Part shown: piece after piece, positions 35,313-45,134 of the stretch
Position numbering within the stretch: position 1 is the stretch's first letter
How the letters are laid out: each line of letters starts with the position of its first letter
Sequence record: LC819008.1
Strand: one strand, 5' to 3'
Length of the DNA: 64,000 bases
Position numbers and translations under genes: made by a program
Notes under the pieces: generated by a model
Databases searched by the model: none
Seen by the model: the letters and a program-made list of their open reading frames with translations, nothing else
What the model was told of the DNA's origin: nothing

Positions 35313-36371
35313 TTACGCGTAGGCCCGCGCAACACCCGGCGCGCTAACGCGATAACTTCCGTCACCAACCAGACGCACATTCGCAGGCGTGTCTGAGTGG
35401 TAGTTGACCTTCAGGGTATAGGTGCCCGGCAGCCAAGCGAGAGACGTCTTTTTAAACGTGATCGGATATTCACTGAGCCCCGGCTGGAATGCCGTATTTT
35501 CAATGTCGTCTGCGGTGAGTTGCAGGTTGAGGGCAGCGTTGATCTGATCGAGTATGCTGTATACCGTGAAGGCTTCGTTGGGCACCGTCACCGACGGAAT
35601 GTTACCGTCTGTGAATTGGTCATTGATCGTAGCAGGACTGACGCGAGTGATATACAACCACTGATCCACATACCCTTGCTTATGCGCATACACATAAACT
35701 CGGGTATTGCGTCCGGCAGGAGCGACAGACACCGTTTCGATAGCACCGAAATCGAAGTCAATCATCTCTTGCCAACTCACGGCGTTATCGTGGTTGGCAA
35801 TGCTCGTCAGTTGCGCTTTTTTGTCGGCCTGAATGCTGGTCGCGGAAGTGAAACCAAACAACAGGTAATTCGGGTACAACAGGTTTTTCTTACCGCCGCC
35901 GAGGACATTGATGTAACGCCACCCTGTCCAGATTTTCGAAGTCGGCTTTGCGGTGATGACGAAGTCGTCATCCATTGTGGTATACTCGGTATTTTCCAGA
36001 TCGTTTTCCGTCAGCCGGACACCCAGCTGCTGGTTAATCTGGTCGAGTATGTCATACGTTTTGAAAGGAATTGCGAGAGGCTGGATAATCGAGTTATCTA
36101 CGACCCGCAGTGCCGCGAGAGGAATCCGGTGATAGAGAAAACCGGTTTCATTCGGGAACATGCGATGATCGAACTTCGGGTTGATCTTCGCAGGAATGTA
36201 TGCGTTGGGATCGTCTTCGATGTCGGGACGCTGGTCCAGTTCCTGAGGAGTACCGAATACCACCATGGGCGGCGGCAGTTTGTACTTGTTCGAAACGTAA
36301 ACCAGGTCGCAGAGAATTTCATCCTCCGGACGATCGAAGTCGTATGTCAAGATGAACTGGAAGATCGACAT
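35313..36371 (-). CDS. Putative virion (tail/baseplate-associated) protein with internal duplication
   Basis: TYDILDQINQQLGVRLTENDLENT and VYSILDQINAALNLQLTADDIENT repeats; next to the fibre gene; resembles phiKZ-like structural families. Confidence 0.6.
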   Translation of the reverse strand: MSIFQFILTYDFDRPEDEILCDLVYVSNKYKLPPPMVVFGTPQELDQRPDIEDDPNAYIPAKINPKFDHRMFPNETGFLYHRIPLAALRVVDNSIIQPLAIPFKTYDILDQINQQLGVRLTENDLENTEYTTMDDDFVITAKPTSKIWTGWRYINVLGGGKKNLLYPNYLLFGFTSATSIQADKKAQLTSIANHDNAVSWQEMIDFDFGAIETVSVAPAGRNTRVYVYAHKQGYVDQWLYITRVSPATINDQFTDGNIPSVTVPNEAFTVYSILDQINAALNLQLTADDIENTAFQPGLSEYPITFKKTSLAWLPGTYTLKVNYHSDTPANVRLVGDGSYRVSAPGVARAYA

Positions 36372-36437
36372 ATGACTCCGTTCTGGGTTAAAAAATCAAA
36401 AAAAATATACTCGGCTCAAACGATTAATACCGCAGAC

Positions 36438-36469
36438 ATACTATCCGGGACCGAAGTCCCGGATAGTAT
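36438..36469 (-). terminator. Hairpin terminator with UUCG loop
   Basis: ATACTATCCGGGAC-CGAA-GTCCCGGATAGTAT, 14-bp perfect stem. Confidence 0.75.
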
Positions 36470-36483
36470 TCATGCAGTTTTAC

Positions 36484-36804
36484 TTAGCGGGAATGCGCCA
36501 TCGTCCGATGCACAGGGCGCACCGGCGCGAGGCCGGCATACGAATACAGATGCGTCGGATCGATTCCTGCCATCTTGGCGTGGTGGAACAGTTCCGCGAT
36601 CACTTCCGGACTCATCTTCGGAGCGTGGGTATGGCCCTTGAAGAAGAACGAGATGGTGATCGGATTGCGTGCACCTTCCTTGAGCCAGGTGCCGACGATC
36701 GCGCCATGTTCACCTTTGCCTGCTGCTTCCGGTCCGAACAGAACTTCGTACTTGTTTTGACGGTCGGTGTTGATGAAACCCAGTGCGCCCAGAATCTTTT
36801 TCAT
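36484..36804 (-). CDS. Hypothetical protein
   Basis: ATG 36804 after GAAAGGA; alternative start at 36825. Confidence 0.65.
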   Translation of the reverse strand: MKKILGALGFINTDRQNKYEVLFGPEAAGKGEHGAIVGTWLKEGARNPITISFFFKGHTHAPKMSPEVIAELFHHAKMAGIDPTHLYSYAGLAPVRPVHRTMAHSR

Positions 36805-36862
36805 TTGGAATATCCTTTCAATCATTTTAAAAGTAGGGGACCGTAGTCCCCCGGTATACTAC

Positions 36863-37237
36863 TTACGACGCGACGTTGCCGTCCTTGTCGTAATACTGCG
36901 CCCGTGGATGACCCTTGAAAGTCACCCACCAACCAGGTTTATCATCCCTGGCGTACGGAGCCAGATTCTCCTGTTCGATATCCACGAACTTGAGAACCTC
37001 TTCCAGATCCCGAGCCTTGAAGATCGGAATCCACTCACTGGTCGTATACAGATACTGCCAGACAGTATCCTTCAGACCAGGCAGAGCCAGCATCTGCTCG
37101 ATCGTCAGGTCACTGTCCTGGATCGTAGCTGTCTGGCCCTGATACTCAAACTGCAGGAATGCTGAATCCTGCAAGATGAGATCGTTCTGTACCTGCTCAA
37201 GGGTATAGAACGCATTCATACGCGGCTTTTGGCGCAT
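36863..37237 (-). CDS. Hypothetical protein
   Basis: 124 aa; AGGAG SD. Confidence 0.7.
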   Translation of the reverse strand: MRQKPRMNAFYTLEQVQNDLILQDSAFLQFEYQGQTATIQDSDLTIEQMLALPGLKDTVWQYLYTTSEWIPIFKARDLEEVLKFVDIEQENLAPYARDDKPGWWVTFKGHPRAQYYDKDGNVAS

Positions 37238-37302
37238 GGTGTTACTCTCCTAAAAAGGTTTTAAGCAGAGGGCGGAATTGCCCTCCATTTTGGTCCAGCT
37301 GT

Positions 37303-37779
37303 TTACATCCCGTACTTCACGAGGAAGTCGTCGAACTTCGTGTAGAACTCACTGCGAGTCATAACCTCGCCGTGGAACTCACGATTGGCGATCCGTAGTT
37401 CTGATTCGACCCGATACGCTTGCAGCATGACTTCAGCAATCATGCATTCAACACGACGTGCGAAGTCCCTGGTATATGGAGCATCGAAGCCGAAGTGACT
37501 CAGCACCGCCAGGTAAGCATTGACTTCGATCGAGTCATTGAACCTGTCGTATCTGAAATCGCCATTTTCAGCTTGCCCGATGAAGCGACTCGACATCAGC
37601 CACTTGTCGACTGTAACCGTAGCCAGTTTGAACGACTTGCGGTCTTCATTCGATTCCGCGAACGGATTGAAACGAAGATCGACCATCTCTTTCGTGTAGT
37701 GGCTGCGAGGTTCACGCGCATTCATTGTGCGTAGAACTTCACCGTCGTAAACAACGTGGACCACGTACTTCTTATCCAT
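37303..37779 (-). CDS. Hypothetical protein
   Basis: ATG 37779 after GGAG; alternative start at 37791. Confidence 0.7.
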   Translation of the reverse strand: MDKKYVVHVVYDGEVLRTMNAREPRSHYTKEMVDLRFNPFAESNEDRKSFKLATVTVDKWLMSSRFIGQAENGDFRYDRFNDSIEVNAYLAVLSHFGFDAPYTRDFARRVECMIAEVMLQAYRVESELRIANREFHGEVMTRSEFYTKFDDFLVKYGM

Positions 37780-37834
37780 TACAAACTCCATTGTAAAAGG
37801 AAGTTCAAAGCCTTTGATTGGCTTTATCCTTTTC

Positions 37835-37842
37835 GTTATATA
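37835..37842 (-). promoter_or_regulatory. Putative early promoter variant (TATATAAC)
   Basis: ATTTTTTCAAAGA-TATATAAC, intergenic, downstream of a terminator. Confidence 0.55.
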
Positions 37843-37869
37843 TCTTTGAAAAAATCTACAAAGGCAAAT

Positions 37870-37900
37870 GACGAGGATAGGGCTTTCGCCCTATCCCGTC
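37870..37900 (-). terminator. Hairpin terminator
   Basis: GGATAGGGC-TTTC-GCCCTATCC with a GACG/CGTC extension. Confidence 0.7.
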
Positions 37901-37906
37901 TTTCGT

Positions 37907-39289
37907 TTAGTCCAATCCTGTCAGACCAGCCTGATTGGGATCATCCGCTTTCACGAAGATCACCATTGCGACGAATGAACGATAGCCATTTGCCATCAGG
38001 CCCTTGCCGTTCATCTTGGTTTGGATATGCGCTTTCAACAACACGCCATTGACTTCTTTCACTTCACCCTGATCGAGGAACATGATCTTCACGTTCAGAC
38101 CAGGCTTGATGATTTCGGGATTAGCGTTTTCCCATTCGAGCGTGTAGAAATGTCCTTGTCCACGAGCCAAACGAGAAGTCGCCAGATACGGATTTGCCGT
38201 AATCCCTTCAGGCGAGAGTCGAACATTGTTCTTTCCGTTAGGAGCTTGCTCACCAACGAATTCACTGTTGTTCTGACTACGTCTAGCCAGCGCAGTATTG
38301 TTGCCGCCCTTGGAGAAGCCTTGGACGATCTGGTTAGCATCTGCGAACATGACGCCATTACCAGCATTGTCCTGAATCTGACTCTTGTCAGATTCGATCT
38401 TCTTGTTACCCGTCGACAGGATGGTCGTGATGCCATTTTGCGTAAGGTAAGTCTTCTCAACCTGAGGAAAGCGCTTGGCAGGAACTGAGATGATGATCAG
38501 CTTTTCCTTTGCCTCATCAAAGCCTGCCGTGTCATACGGCGGATACACGTACCAGATACGCTCATGAACAAACTGAGCCATACCGGTCGGAAAGATACCG
38601 CCGCACTTGGTTTGAACGTAATCTGCCAGATCCGAGAGCATGACGCCGTGATCGATTACGACCTGGCTTTGCTTATCGGTAGCTGCTGACGGGTGCATGT
38701 TCACGCCCAGGAGCTTATTGTCGTCATCGACTTCCAGCTGACCGCAGTTCATCGTGATCAGGTGCTTGACGAGATCTGCATTGGTCGTGTTGGTAAAGTT
38801 ACCACCCACACTCACTTTACTGATGTCGTCGAGCAACTTGGGTTTTAGCTGAATATCGACTTCAACGAAGTCAAGCAGGTTCTGAACCTCTCGACTCAAA
38901 TTCTCGTTGTTGTTATCTTCCGACATGAAGGGACGAGCCTTCGGATCGATAGACACATTAAACGTTTCGACAGTCACCGATCCAGCAGCATCGGATTTGT
39001 CGTAACTGGTAGGATTGAGTAATTCTGTTTTCAGAATGAACTCAAGATTACCCTTGGCCGGATAAACGAAAGCCGTGTAGTCACCCAACATCATGACCAC
39101 ACGAATCATCTTCACCGCACCATAGTTCAGTTCGTAGTCGGCATGTTCGTCGATGTCCGTAATCTTGATCACGTCATACGTCTGCGTGCCAACCTTGAAC
39201 TGTCCCGTATAGCTGTAGAAGTTAGGCTGGAAGCTGGAATTCAATACCCGCTGGATATCAAAGTCCAATGGAGAGCTGTCGATGTTCAT
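37907..39289 (-). CDS. phiKZ-like virion structural protein (tail/baseplate region)
   Basis: 460 aa; end of the conserved structural block; size and position match recalled phiKZ-like synteny. Confidence 0.6.
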   Translation of the reverse strand: MNIDSSPLDFDIQRVLNSSFQPNFYSYTGQFKVGTQTYDVIKITDIDEHADYELNYGAVKMIRVVMMLGDYTAFVYPAKGNLEFILKTELLNPTSYDKSDAAGSVTVETFNVSIDPKARPFMSEDNNNENLSREVQNLLDFVEVDIQLKPKLLDDISKVSVGGNFTNTTNADLVKHLITMNCGQLEVDDDNKLLGVNMHPSAATDKQSQVVIDHGVMLSDLADYVQTKCGGIFPTGMAQFVHERIWYVYPPYDTAGFDEAKEKLIIISVPAKRFPQVEKTYLTQNGITTILSTGNKKIESDKSQIQDNAGNGVMFADANQIVQGFSKGGNNTALARRSQNNSEFVGEQAPNGKNNVRLSPEGITANPYLATSRLARGQGHFYTLEWENANPEIIKPGLNVKIMFLDQGEVKEVNGVLLKAHIQTKMNGKGLMANGYRSFVAMVIFVKADDPNQAGLTGLD

Positions 39290-39990
39290 TGAATGCGCCC
39301 GTGAATACCTGAACGATCCATGTAAGACAGGAAGATGTCACGCATGGATGGACGCTCCGGCAACTTCTTCTCTTCCACATTTTCCGGCTTGGGCTGATCG
39401 GTAACCGGTACTGTCGAGTACTTGTTGCGAACAGTGTACTGATCCTGCTTTGCCTTGCCTCGATCCCTGACGCGTTTGTCGACTGCATCGAACATTGCGT
39501 TGAGGTTGACGATTTCTCTTTGAAGACCTTCCGGAATGAACGTGCGAGCAAACTCTTCGCCATACTCGTGACCAGCATACTGATACACGGCTTCAGCGAA
39601 TTCGTCGATCTGCACGAGATCTTCAAACGGCACATTGTGGTTGAACACAGTCGACTGGATGCGTTTAGCCCAATCGAAAGTATAGTCCTGGCAGATCTCG
39701 TAGATCGCTTTCGTATCGTCACGCTTAACGATACTGACCATTGTGTGTTCGTGATAGTACTCCACCATCTGAGCGATGGGGATGTACACGGGAGCCTGCT
39801 GCTTCATGAGCTCCCGGTCTACGTTTTGATTACCCGATGTGTGCAGGCCGTAGCGTTCAAGGTACGCCGTACCAAAACGAGCAATACGAGGTACCTTGCA
39901 CAACCAGACCCGCCCCCACAACGGATACCGAGGATCATCGAAAGGGATGCTACTCGGGTTAGGTGCGGGGCGTTTCTTTTGTTCCGTCAT
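39286..39990 (-). CDS. Conserved phiKZ-like hypothetical or structural protein
   Basis: 234 aa; ATGA-coupled within the structural operon. Confidence 0.6.
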   Translation of the reverse strand: MTEQKKRPAPNPSSIPFDDPRYPLWGRVWLCKVPRIARFGTAYLERYGLHTSGNQNVDRELMKQQAPVYIPIAQMVEYYHEHTMVSIVKRDDTKAIYEICQDYTFDWAKRIQSTVFNHNVPFEDLVQIDEFAEAVYQYAGHEYGEEFARTFIPEGLQREIVNLNAMFDAVDKRVRDRGKAKQDQYTVRNKYSTVPVTDQPKPENVEEKKLPERPSMRDIFLSYMDRSGIHGRIQ

Positions 39991-41336
39991 AGCCTTCTGA
40001 GGTTGTACTTGATCAGCAACAGGAGAAGCGGAATGTAGTAGAACCGTTCCACATGTCCCCAGTTGAGAATGTCGTCACACACTTTCAGAATATCGCCAGC
40101 GGCGATAATTTTAAAGTCGATGTAATCCAGCAGCAAACTTTCGAGCAACGACAGATTCGTGTTGTCACGCGTATAGAAGGCGCTGGAGAGGACGTAGCCG
40201 TTGTCCATGTCGATGGGCTTGATGATGGGCATCGGAGCGATGGAGCCATCCGTAGGCGGCGTGGGAGGCACGTACGCAGGCATTGTCGACTTGATGTTGA
40301 CCGGAAGCAGAGGTTTCTGGATTTCCTTGGCCATCATGAAGTCAACGTTCGTCTTCGGATCGACCGGATACACGACTTGAGCAATGCCCGAGTAGCGCAT
40401 CGAAGCGAGAAGTGCTGAACGATGGAAATTCACCCGTGACGTCACGCCGGTCTTCGTGTAGATGAAGTTCATCAACTTCGGATCGCGATTGGAGAGCATC
40501 GTCCACAGACTCATGGACGAAATCGCGCCATCGTCACCGATGTTCAATTCACGAATCGACTGGATATGAACATCGTCGAACGAGTTCATGATCGACTTGA
40601 CGAAATCGACCAACCCATGATCGTAAGTCGGCACGTCTTGCATCGGCACGACAATCGTCATGTACTCGCGACTGAAGTACTGGTTGAAGTACAGCTGGAT
40701 GTAGTCGTACCAGTAGCCAGCCAGCTTCTTGCTGTTCTGATAGTCGTCCTCAACGAGCAAGGGATTCTGCAGGTTCAGCAGGAAGTCCTTGACGAAGTAG
40801 TACGTGACGATAGTCTTCTGATCCAGGTCGAAGATACGAGTCTGATCATTGATCGCAATCAGCTGATATTCGATCTGGTGGGCATGGTCCACGAAGATCT
40901 GCATCGCCTGCACTTTCGTGACCTTGAAGATACCTTCACGACCATCAGCAATGCCGGCGCGGAACATGTCACCTTCCTGAGGCACCAGGAAAGGATAGAC
41001 GTTCGCCATACCCTGCATCGTCATTTCATTGGTTTGCGGATCTTGAGAAACCTGCGTCAAGTCCTGAGTCACTTTCAGTTCCATCGACCAGATGCGACGG
41101 TACTGTTGGAGAACAGCAGGCAAGGACGTATCCTGGCCTTTGATCTCACTATTCTTGTCGAGGATCTGTGAGTAGTAATCCACCACCCACGGCGAGCCTT
41201 CGATATACGCAAGCAGATCGCTCTGAGGCGTATATTCGGTATCGATGACAGCGGTCTTCACACCCGGCTTGAAAGGACGGACAATGTCCTGCCTGGGCTG
41301 AGTGGGAGCGTTGTCGAGATCTGTCCAAAGCGGCAT
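39987..41336 (-). CDS. phiKZ-like virion structural protein
   Basis: 449 aa; LLAYIEGSPWVVDYYSQ and PQEGDMFRAGIADGREGIF recalled from phiKZ-like structural proteins. Confidence 0.65.
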   Translation of the reverse strand: MPLWTDLDNAPTQPRQDIVRPFKPGVKTAVIDTEYTPQSDLLAYIEGSPWVVDYYSQILDKNSEIKGQDTSLPAVLQQYRRIWSMELKVTQDLTQVSQDPQTNEMTMQGMANVYPFLVPQEGDMFRAGIADGREGIFKVTKVQAMQIFVDHAHQIEYQLIAINDQTRIFDLDQKTIVTYYFVKDFLLNLQNPLLVEDDYQNSKKLAGYWYDYIQLYFNQYFSREYMTIVVPMQDVPTYDHGLVDFVKSIMNSFDDVHIQSIRELNIGDDGAISSMSLWTMLSNRDPKLMNFIYTKTGVTSRVNFHRSALLASMRYSGIAQVVYPVDPKTNVDFMMAKEIQKPLLPVNIKSTMPAYVPPTPPTDGSIAPMPIIKPIDMDNGYVLSSAFYTRDNTNLSLLESLLLDYIDFKIIAAGDILKVCDDILNWGHVERFYYIPLLLLLIKYNLRRL

Positions 41337-41345
41337 TGCGTCCTC

Positions 41346-42911
41346 TTATTTCTTCGATTGAAACACGCCATTGACGGTACTGAACTGTACGGTCTTCATG
41401 GCACGATTGATGGTTCGGCCTTTGAGGCATTCAGCGAATGCATCGTAGGTACGCGGCGTCAAGCCGTTAGCGATGATGTTATCGCACGGACGATAGTTAC
41501 CGGCAGTCGTCGGTGCAATGTACTGAACGATCTGATCGAACGCACAGCGGGCATTGCGAAGACGAGCTTTCGCATCTTCCGTGATGTAGGTCAGGTCAGT
41601 GGTCACCGAAATACGCAGATGCCAGACCTTACGCTTATTGAGAGGCTGAGTCGAATAGATGTTCAGATTCTCATCCATGCGAATCCAGGTAGGATCTACC
41701 AGCAGTCGACCCATGTAAAGGGCCACGTTCACGGCAGACTGACGAGGCTTTGTCACGTACTGGGCTTCCGATGCCATGAATTGCTTCATGCAGTCACTGA
41801 ACTGGAAACCATACGAATCCGCTTCGAGATCCGTCAGGTTCATGAGCAGGTTCGGATCCATTCCCGCCGCCACCTGATCGTCAGTCGGCAACAGAACGAG
41901 AGTCGTGACCATGCGCATCGTTCTCTCAGGAACATTGCGAGGCATAAACTCATCGAAGGTCGGGAAGTAACGACCCGGGAAATCCTGATAGACAGGATTC
42001 ACGTTCTGCATCGACTCGAACGATTTCAGGTGCGCCATCGACCAGCTACGCGATTGCTGGTGATCTTGCAAACGCTGAAAGCCTGTTTCGTTTCGGAACT
42101 TCTTGCTCAGGATCTGATTGTGAATCGAGATCGGATACATGAAGTGAATGTCCTTCGGCTTCTCGTAACGCAGCACGTAAGGAATTTCCACTTCCCACAC
42201 ATCCGTCTCATCTTTACGCTGACCGAAGTCAGGCTCAGAGCCGATGTCAAAGAAGCCAAGACAACGCATCTGGGTTTCCTTGAAGACACCCAATGTGTTC
42301 TTTCCTGCCTGATCCGTCAATAGACCATAGCGGGGATTGACCCATTTCTGGAAGAACGTGTCAAAGTCCTCACCATAGCCTGCTACAGCTTCCTGGAGGC
42401 GATGGATCTCTCTGAGGATGACCATGTAGGACTCCGGCATCGCAAACGAATACTGAAGCGTATGGAGCCACGTATCCTCACGATTGGGGATCTTCATGAT
42501 CATGTAATCGTACCAGCGACGAGCATCCGTCTTGTTCTTGGCACGATAGTGGATCGTGAACTTCATTTCCACCGATGCATAAATCGGACGCATCTCGATT
42601 TCGAGGTCACGATTCAGAAAGAGCGGAATTTGTTCAGGTTGTTTGGTCACCATTGCAGGCAGCCAATCATTGACATAGTTCTCCGTGATTTCGATGAAGA
42701 TCTTGTCAGTCGTCGGCAGGCGAATGGTTTCGTATTTGTTCGAGATGTAGCCATGAGGCTGAGCGACCGTATCCGCATAACCCGGATAGTTGATATTCAT
42801 GTCTGCAGGCAGACCGAGTCGATCGATCAGAATTTCCTGGACCGTGGCTACAGCGATGGCACGACTCACCGACTGATCGGATTCCAGGATAGGTCTTTGA
42901 ATCTTGGGCAT
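41346..42911 (-). CDS. phiKZ-like virion structural protein
   Basis: 521 aa; position within the structural block. Confidence 0.6.
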   Translation of the reverse strand: MPKIQRPILESDQSVSRAIAVATVQEILIDRLGLPADMNINYPGYADTVAQPHGYISNKYETIRLPTTDKIFIEITENYVNDWLPAMVTKQPEQIPLFLNRDLEIEMRPIYASVEMKFTIHYRAKNKTDARRWYDYMIMKIPNREDTWLHTLQYSFAMPESYMVILREIHRLQEAVAGYGEDFDTFFQKWVNPRYGLLTDQAGKNTLGVFKETQMRCLGFFDIGSEPDFGQRKDETDVWEVEIPYVLRYEKPKDIHFMYPISIHNQILSKKFRNETGFQRLQDHQQSRSWSMAHLKSFESMQNVNPVYQDFPGRYFPTFDEFMPRNVPERTMRMVTTLVLLPTDDQVAAGMDPNLLMNLTDLEADSYGFQFSDCMKQFMASEAQYVTKPRQSAVNVALYMGRLLVDPTWIRMDENLNIYSTQPLNKRKVWHLRISVTTDLTYITEDAKARLRNARCAFDQIVQYIAPTTAGNYRPCDNIIANGLTPRTYDAFAECLKGRTINRAMKTVQFSTVNGVFQSKK

Positions 42912-42945
42912 AAGTTGTCCAGTGTTGGTTCTATGTCAAAAGATG

Positions 42946-43362
42946 TCACTCGTTTCGCTGCATGTATTCAGGCAGATCGGGAAACGGCAAGATCTTTCCT
43001 TTCAATTCGTGCGAACAGTCGCCCAGGAAATACACTTCTCCCGGTTTAGCTCCGTTGCAACCTACCCAGGTATGGCACTGCTGACATTCGAAGTCACGCT
43101 CGTCTTCAGGATGCTTCTCATTAAACGTACACCAGCAATCATCCCCAGGTTTGTGGGAATCCATGTAATGTCCAGAACGAGTCAGGACGCTCGGACCGAA
43201 GACGGGTTTGTTCACGTCTCCATTCCACGTCCAGTTCTGACCCGGAGGACCACCTTGAGTCGTGATCTGGTGACAAGTCTGACAACCCTGACACCAATAG
43301 GTCAAACCACTACGACCGCGATTGTCGGACCAGCTACGAAGTTTTGAAGACAGAAGTCCCAT
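42946..43362 (-). CDS. DUF6527-like Cys/His-rich protein
   Basis: YWCQGCQTCH...WTWNGDVNKPVFGPSV...CHTW...FLGDCSHEL; start moved to ATG 43362. Confidence 0.7.
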   Translation of the reverse strand: MGLLSSKLRSWSDNRGRSGLTYWCQGCQTCHQITTQGGPPGQNWTWNGDVNKPVFGPSVLTRSGHYMDSHKPGDDCWCTFNEKHPEDERDFECQQCHTWVGCNGAKPGEVYFLGDCSHELKGKILPFPDLPEYMQRNE

Positions 43363-43397
43363 GATGTTCTCAATAAAGATTAACCAAAGGATCAACA

Positions 43398-43425
43398 CTA
43401 CCAGTAGCCTTTCGGCTACTGGTAG
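43398..43425 (-). terminator. Hairpin terminator
   Basis: CTACCAGTAGCC-TTTC-GGCTACTGGTAG. Confidence 0.75.
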
Positions 43426-43437
43426 AGGATCTGCTGT

Positions 43438-43716
43438 TTAGTCGTCGTGACCACGAGTACGTTCGCGGAAGGAACTGTGTCCCGTCATGCGGGCTTTCAG
43501 ATCCTTGTTGCTGCTGCTGCCCGTACCGTAAGCATCGTTGATGGTCCTGACTGCACGTACGGCCGCATGGCCGACGTTCTTGGCCGAACCCACCACTGCT
43601 TCCTTGACGTCATGCGCGGCGTTCTTCACGCCTTGCTTGGCGTTTTCCTTGGTGTCCTGCCACGAGCTCAAGGAAACCTGGCTCTTGCGCGGTTTGTCGA
43701 TCTGGTAGAAGCCCAT
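43438..43716 (-). CDS. Small hydrophilic protein, possibly head-associated
   Basis: 92 aa; AKQGVKNAAHDVKEAV amphipathic run; follows the internal head genes. Confidence 0.6.
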   Translation of the reverse strand: MGFYQIDKPRKSQVSLSSWQDTKENAKQGVKNAAHDVKEAVVGSAKNVGHAAVRAVRTINDAYGTGSSSNKDLKARMTGHSSFRERTRGHDD

Positions 43717-43718
43717 GA

Positions 43719-45029
43719 TCAGTGCCCATCCTTCTTCAAGTCAACGTGGTTGCCGCTACGGTTGTTGAAAGCCAACACGTATTGGGCAAGATTGATGAAC
43801 GAGTTCACCACCCCATCTACCAGGCCGTAATACATCAGAGCAGGCTGGTCCATCGTCTTCTGGAAGAACTTCAGATCGTAAAGCATGATGTCACGGTCGT
43901 TCTTCTTCTCTTTGGTGGAGAAGAGGTTTGCGCCGATCTTCTTGATCTTGGCTTCCATGCCCTTGATGAATGCTTCCTTGTCAACCTGATACTGCTTGAC
44001 CTTATCTGCGCACGCTTTCAGCTGCGAGTTCAGATACTGGATGTTTTCGATGAGTTTGTCGGGATTGGCGAAATCGCCTTCGAGCACAGCGTACTTGTTC
44101 AAGTTGATGATGCCTTCGACTTTCGTCTTCTGGATCTTCAGGCCGTCGACCCAACGCAAGTTCTGCTTCATCACGTCATCGCTCTTCGCATCGTACTTCG
44201 GAGGCGGGAGCATCTGAACAGTCACGAAGGTGTTGTCGCCGAATTCTTCCGACGCATACACCTTGAGTTCACCATTCTTGCCGCGAGCAGCGGTGAGAAC
44301 TTTACCCTCACGGGTTTCCTCGAAAGGAACCGGCATCGAGTCGTCAGTCGGTTTATCGCCAAGCATGCTTTCTTTGGCCTTGCGGTTCATCTCATGCTGG
44401 GCACCAAACACCTTCAGCATTTCAGAACCGATCTTGCCGAGGTACGGACCATCCATGATGCCGTGGGTGGTCACGATATGCTTGAGGATCTCCGGCTTGG
44501 ACAAATCGCACTTGGTGTAAAAGCCATTGGAGCCAATCGGATACGGACCATCTTTCTTCTGCTCGTCGGTCTTTTTCTCGTTAGCAGCTTTGACTTCTTC
44601 AGCTTTGTGCTTCAGATCCGCGGTCTTTTCTTCGTGGTCCTTGTTGCGCGTGAAGATACGCTTAATCAGGCCCCACACCCACTGGAACGCTTTCTTGATC
44701 GCATTGATGATCGACATGAAAACGTTCTTGATCCCTTCACCGAATCCTTCGAGAGCGGCATGACTGATGTCGTGCGTCTTGAAGGACTGCAAGTCGGGAA
44801 TCACTTTGTTCGGTTCGCCGCCAATGCGACCCAGACGCAGGAAGCATTCAACGGAGTGCTGGACGAGTTTGTACGCTGTCTCATCGAGTCCCTTATCGCC
44901 GTCGGTCATCAGTTCCTGGGTATACGTGAGACTTTCCAGAGTCTGAATAGCCGTTTCGACTTTCTCGTTATCGTGAGCATAAGCCTGGAGGTCCAGATCC
45001 AAGCTGTCGCTATAGGTGAGTGAGCTCAT
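43719..45029 (-). CDS. Internal head (inner-body/ejection) protein, phiKZ gp93-97-like family
   Basis: Acidic propeptide ending ALE-G, followed by the amphipathic IKNVFMSIINAIKKAFQWVWGLIKRIF helix. Confidence 0.7.
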   Translation of the reverse strand: MSSLTYSDSLDLDLQAYAHDNEKVETAIQTLESLTYTQELMTDGDKGLDETAYKLVQHSVECFLRLGRIGGEPNKVIPDLQSFKTHDISHAALEGFGEGIKNVFMSIINAIKKAFQWVWGLIKRIFTRNKDHEEKTADLKHKAEEVKAANEKKTDEQKKDGPYPIGSNGFYTKCDLSKPEILKHIVTTHGIMDGPYLGKIGSEMLKVFGAQHEMNRKAKESMLGDKPTDDSMPVPFEETREGKVLTAARGKNGELKVYASEEFGDNTFVTVQMLPPPKYDAKSDDVMKQNLRWVDGLKIQKTKVEGIINLNKYAVLEGDFANPDKLIENIQYLNSQLKACADKVKQYQVDKEAFIKGMEAKIKKIGANLFSTKEKKNDRDIMLYDLKFFQKTMDQPALMYYGLVDGVVNSFINLAQYVLAFNNRSGNHVDLKKDGH

Positions 45030-45056
45030 CGGATTCCTTAATTAGACGTCATAAGA

Positions 45057-45090
45057 GAATACTCAGGAGCCCGAAGGCTCCTGAGTATTC
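45057..45090 (-). terminator. Hairpin terminator with UUCG loop
   Basis: GAATACTCAGGAGCC-CGAA-GGCTCCTGAGTATTC, 15-bp perfect stem. Confidence 0.8.
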
Positions 45091-45134
45091 CCAGTGACAA
45101 CTAACCGAAGTCAGTTACCGGCACGAAACGAGGA

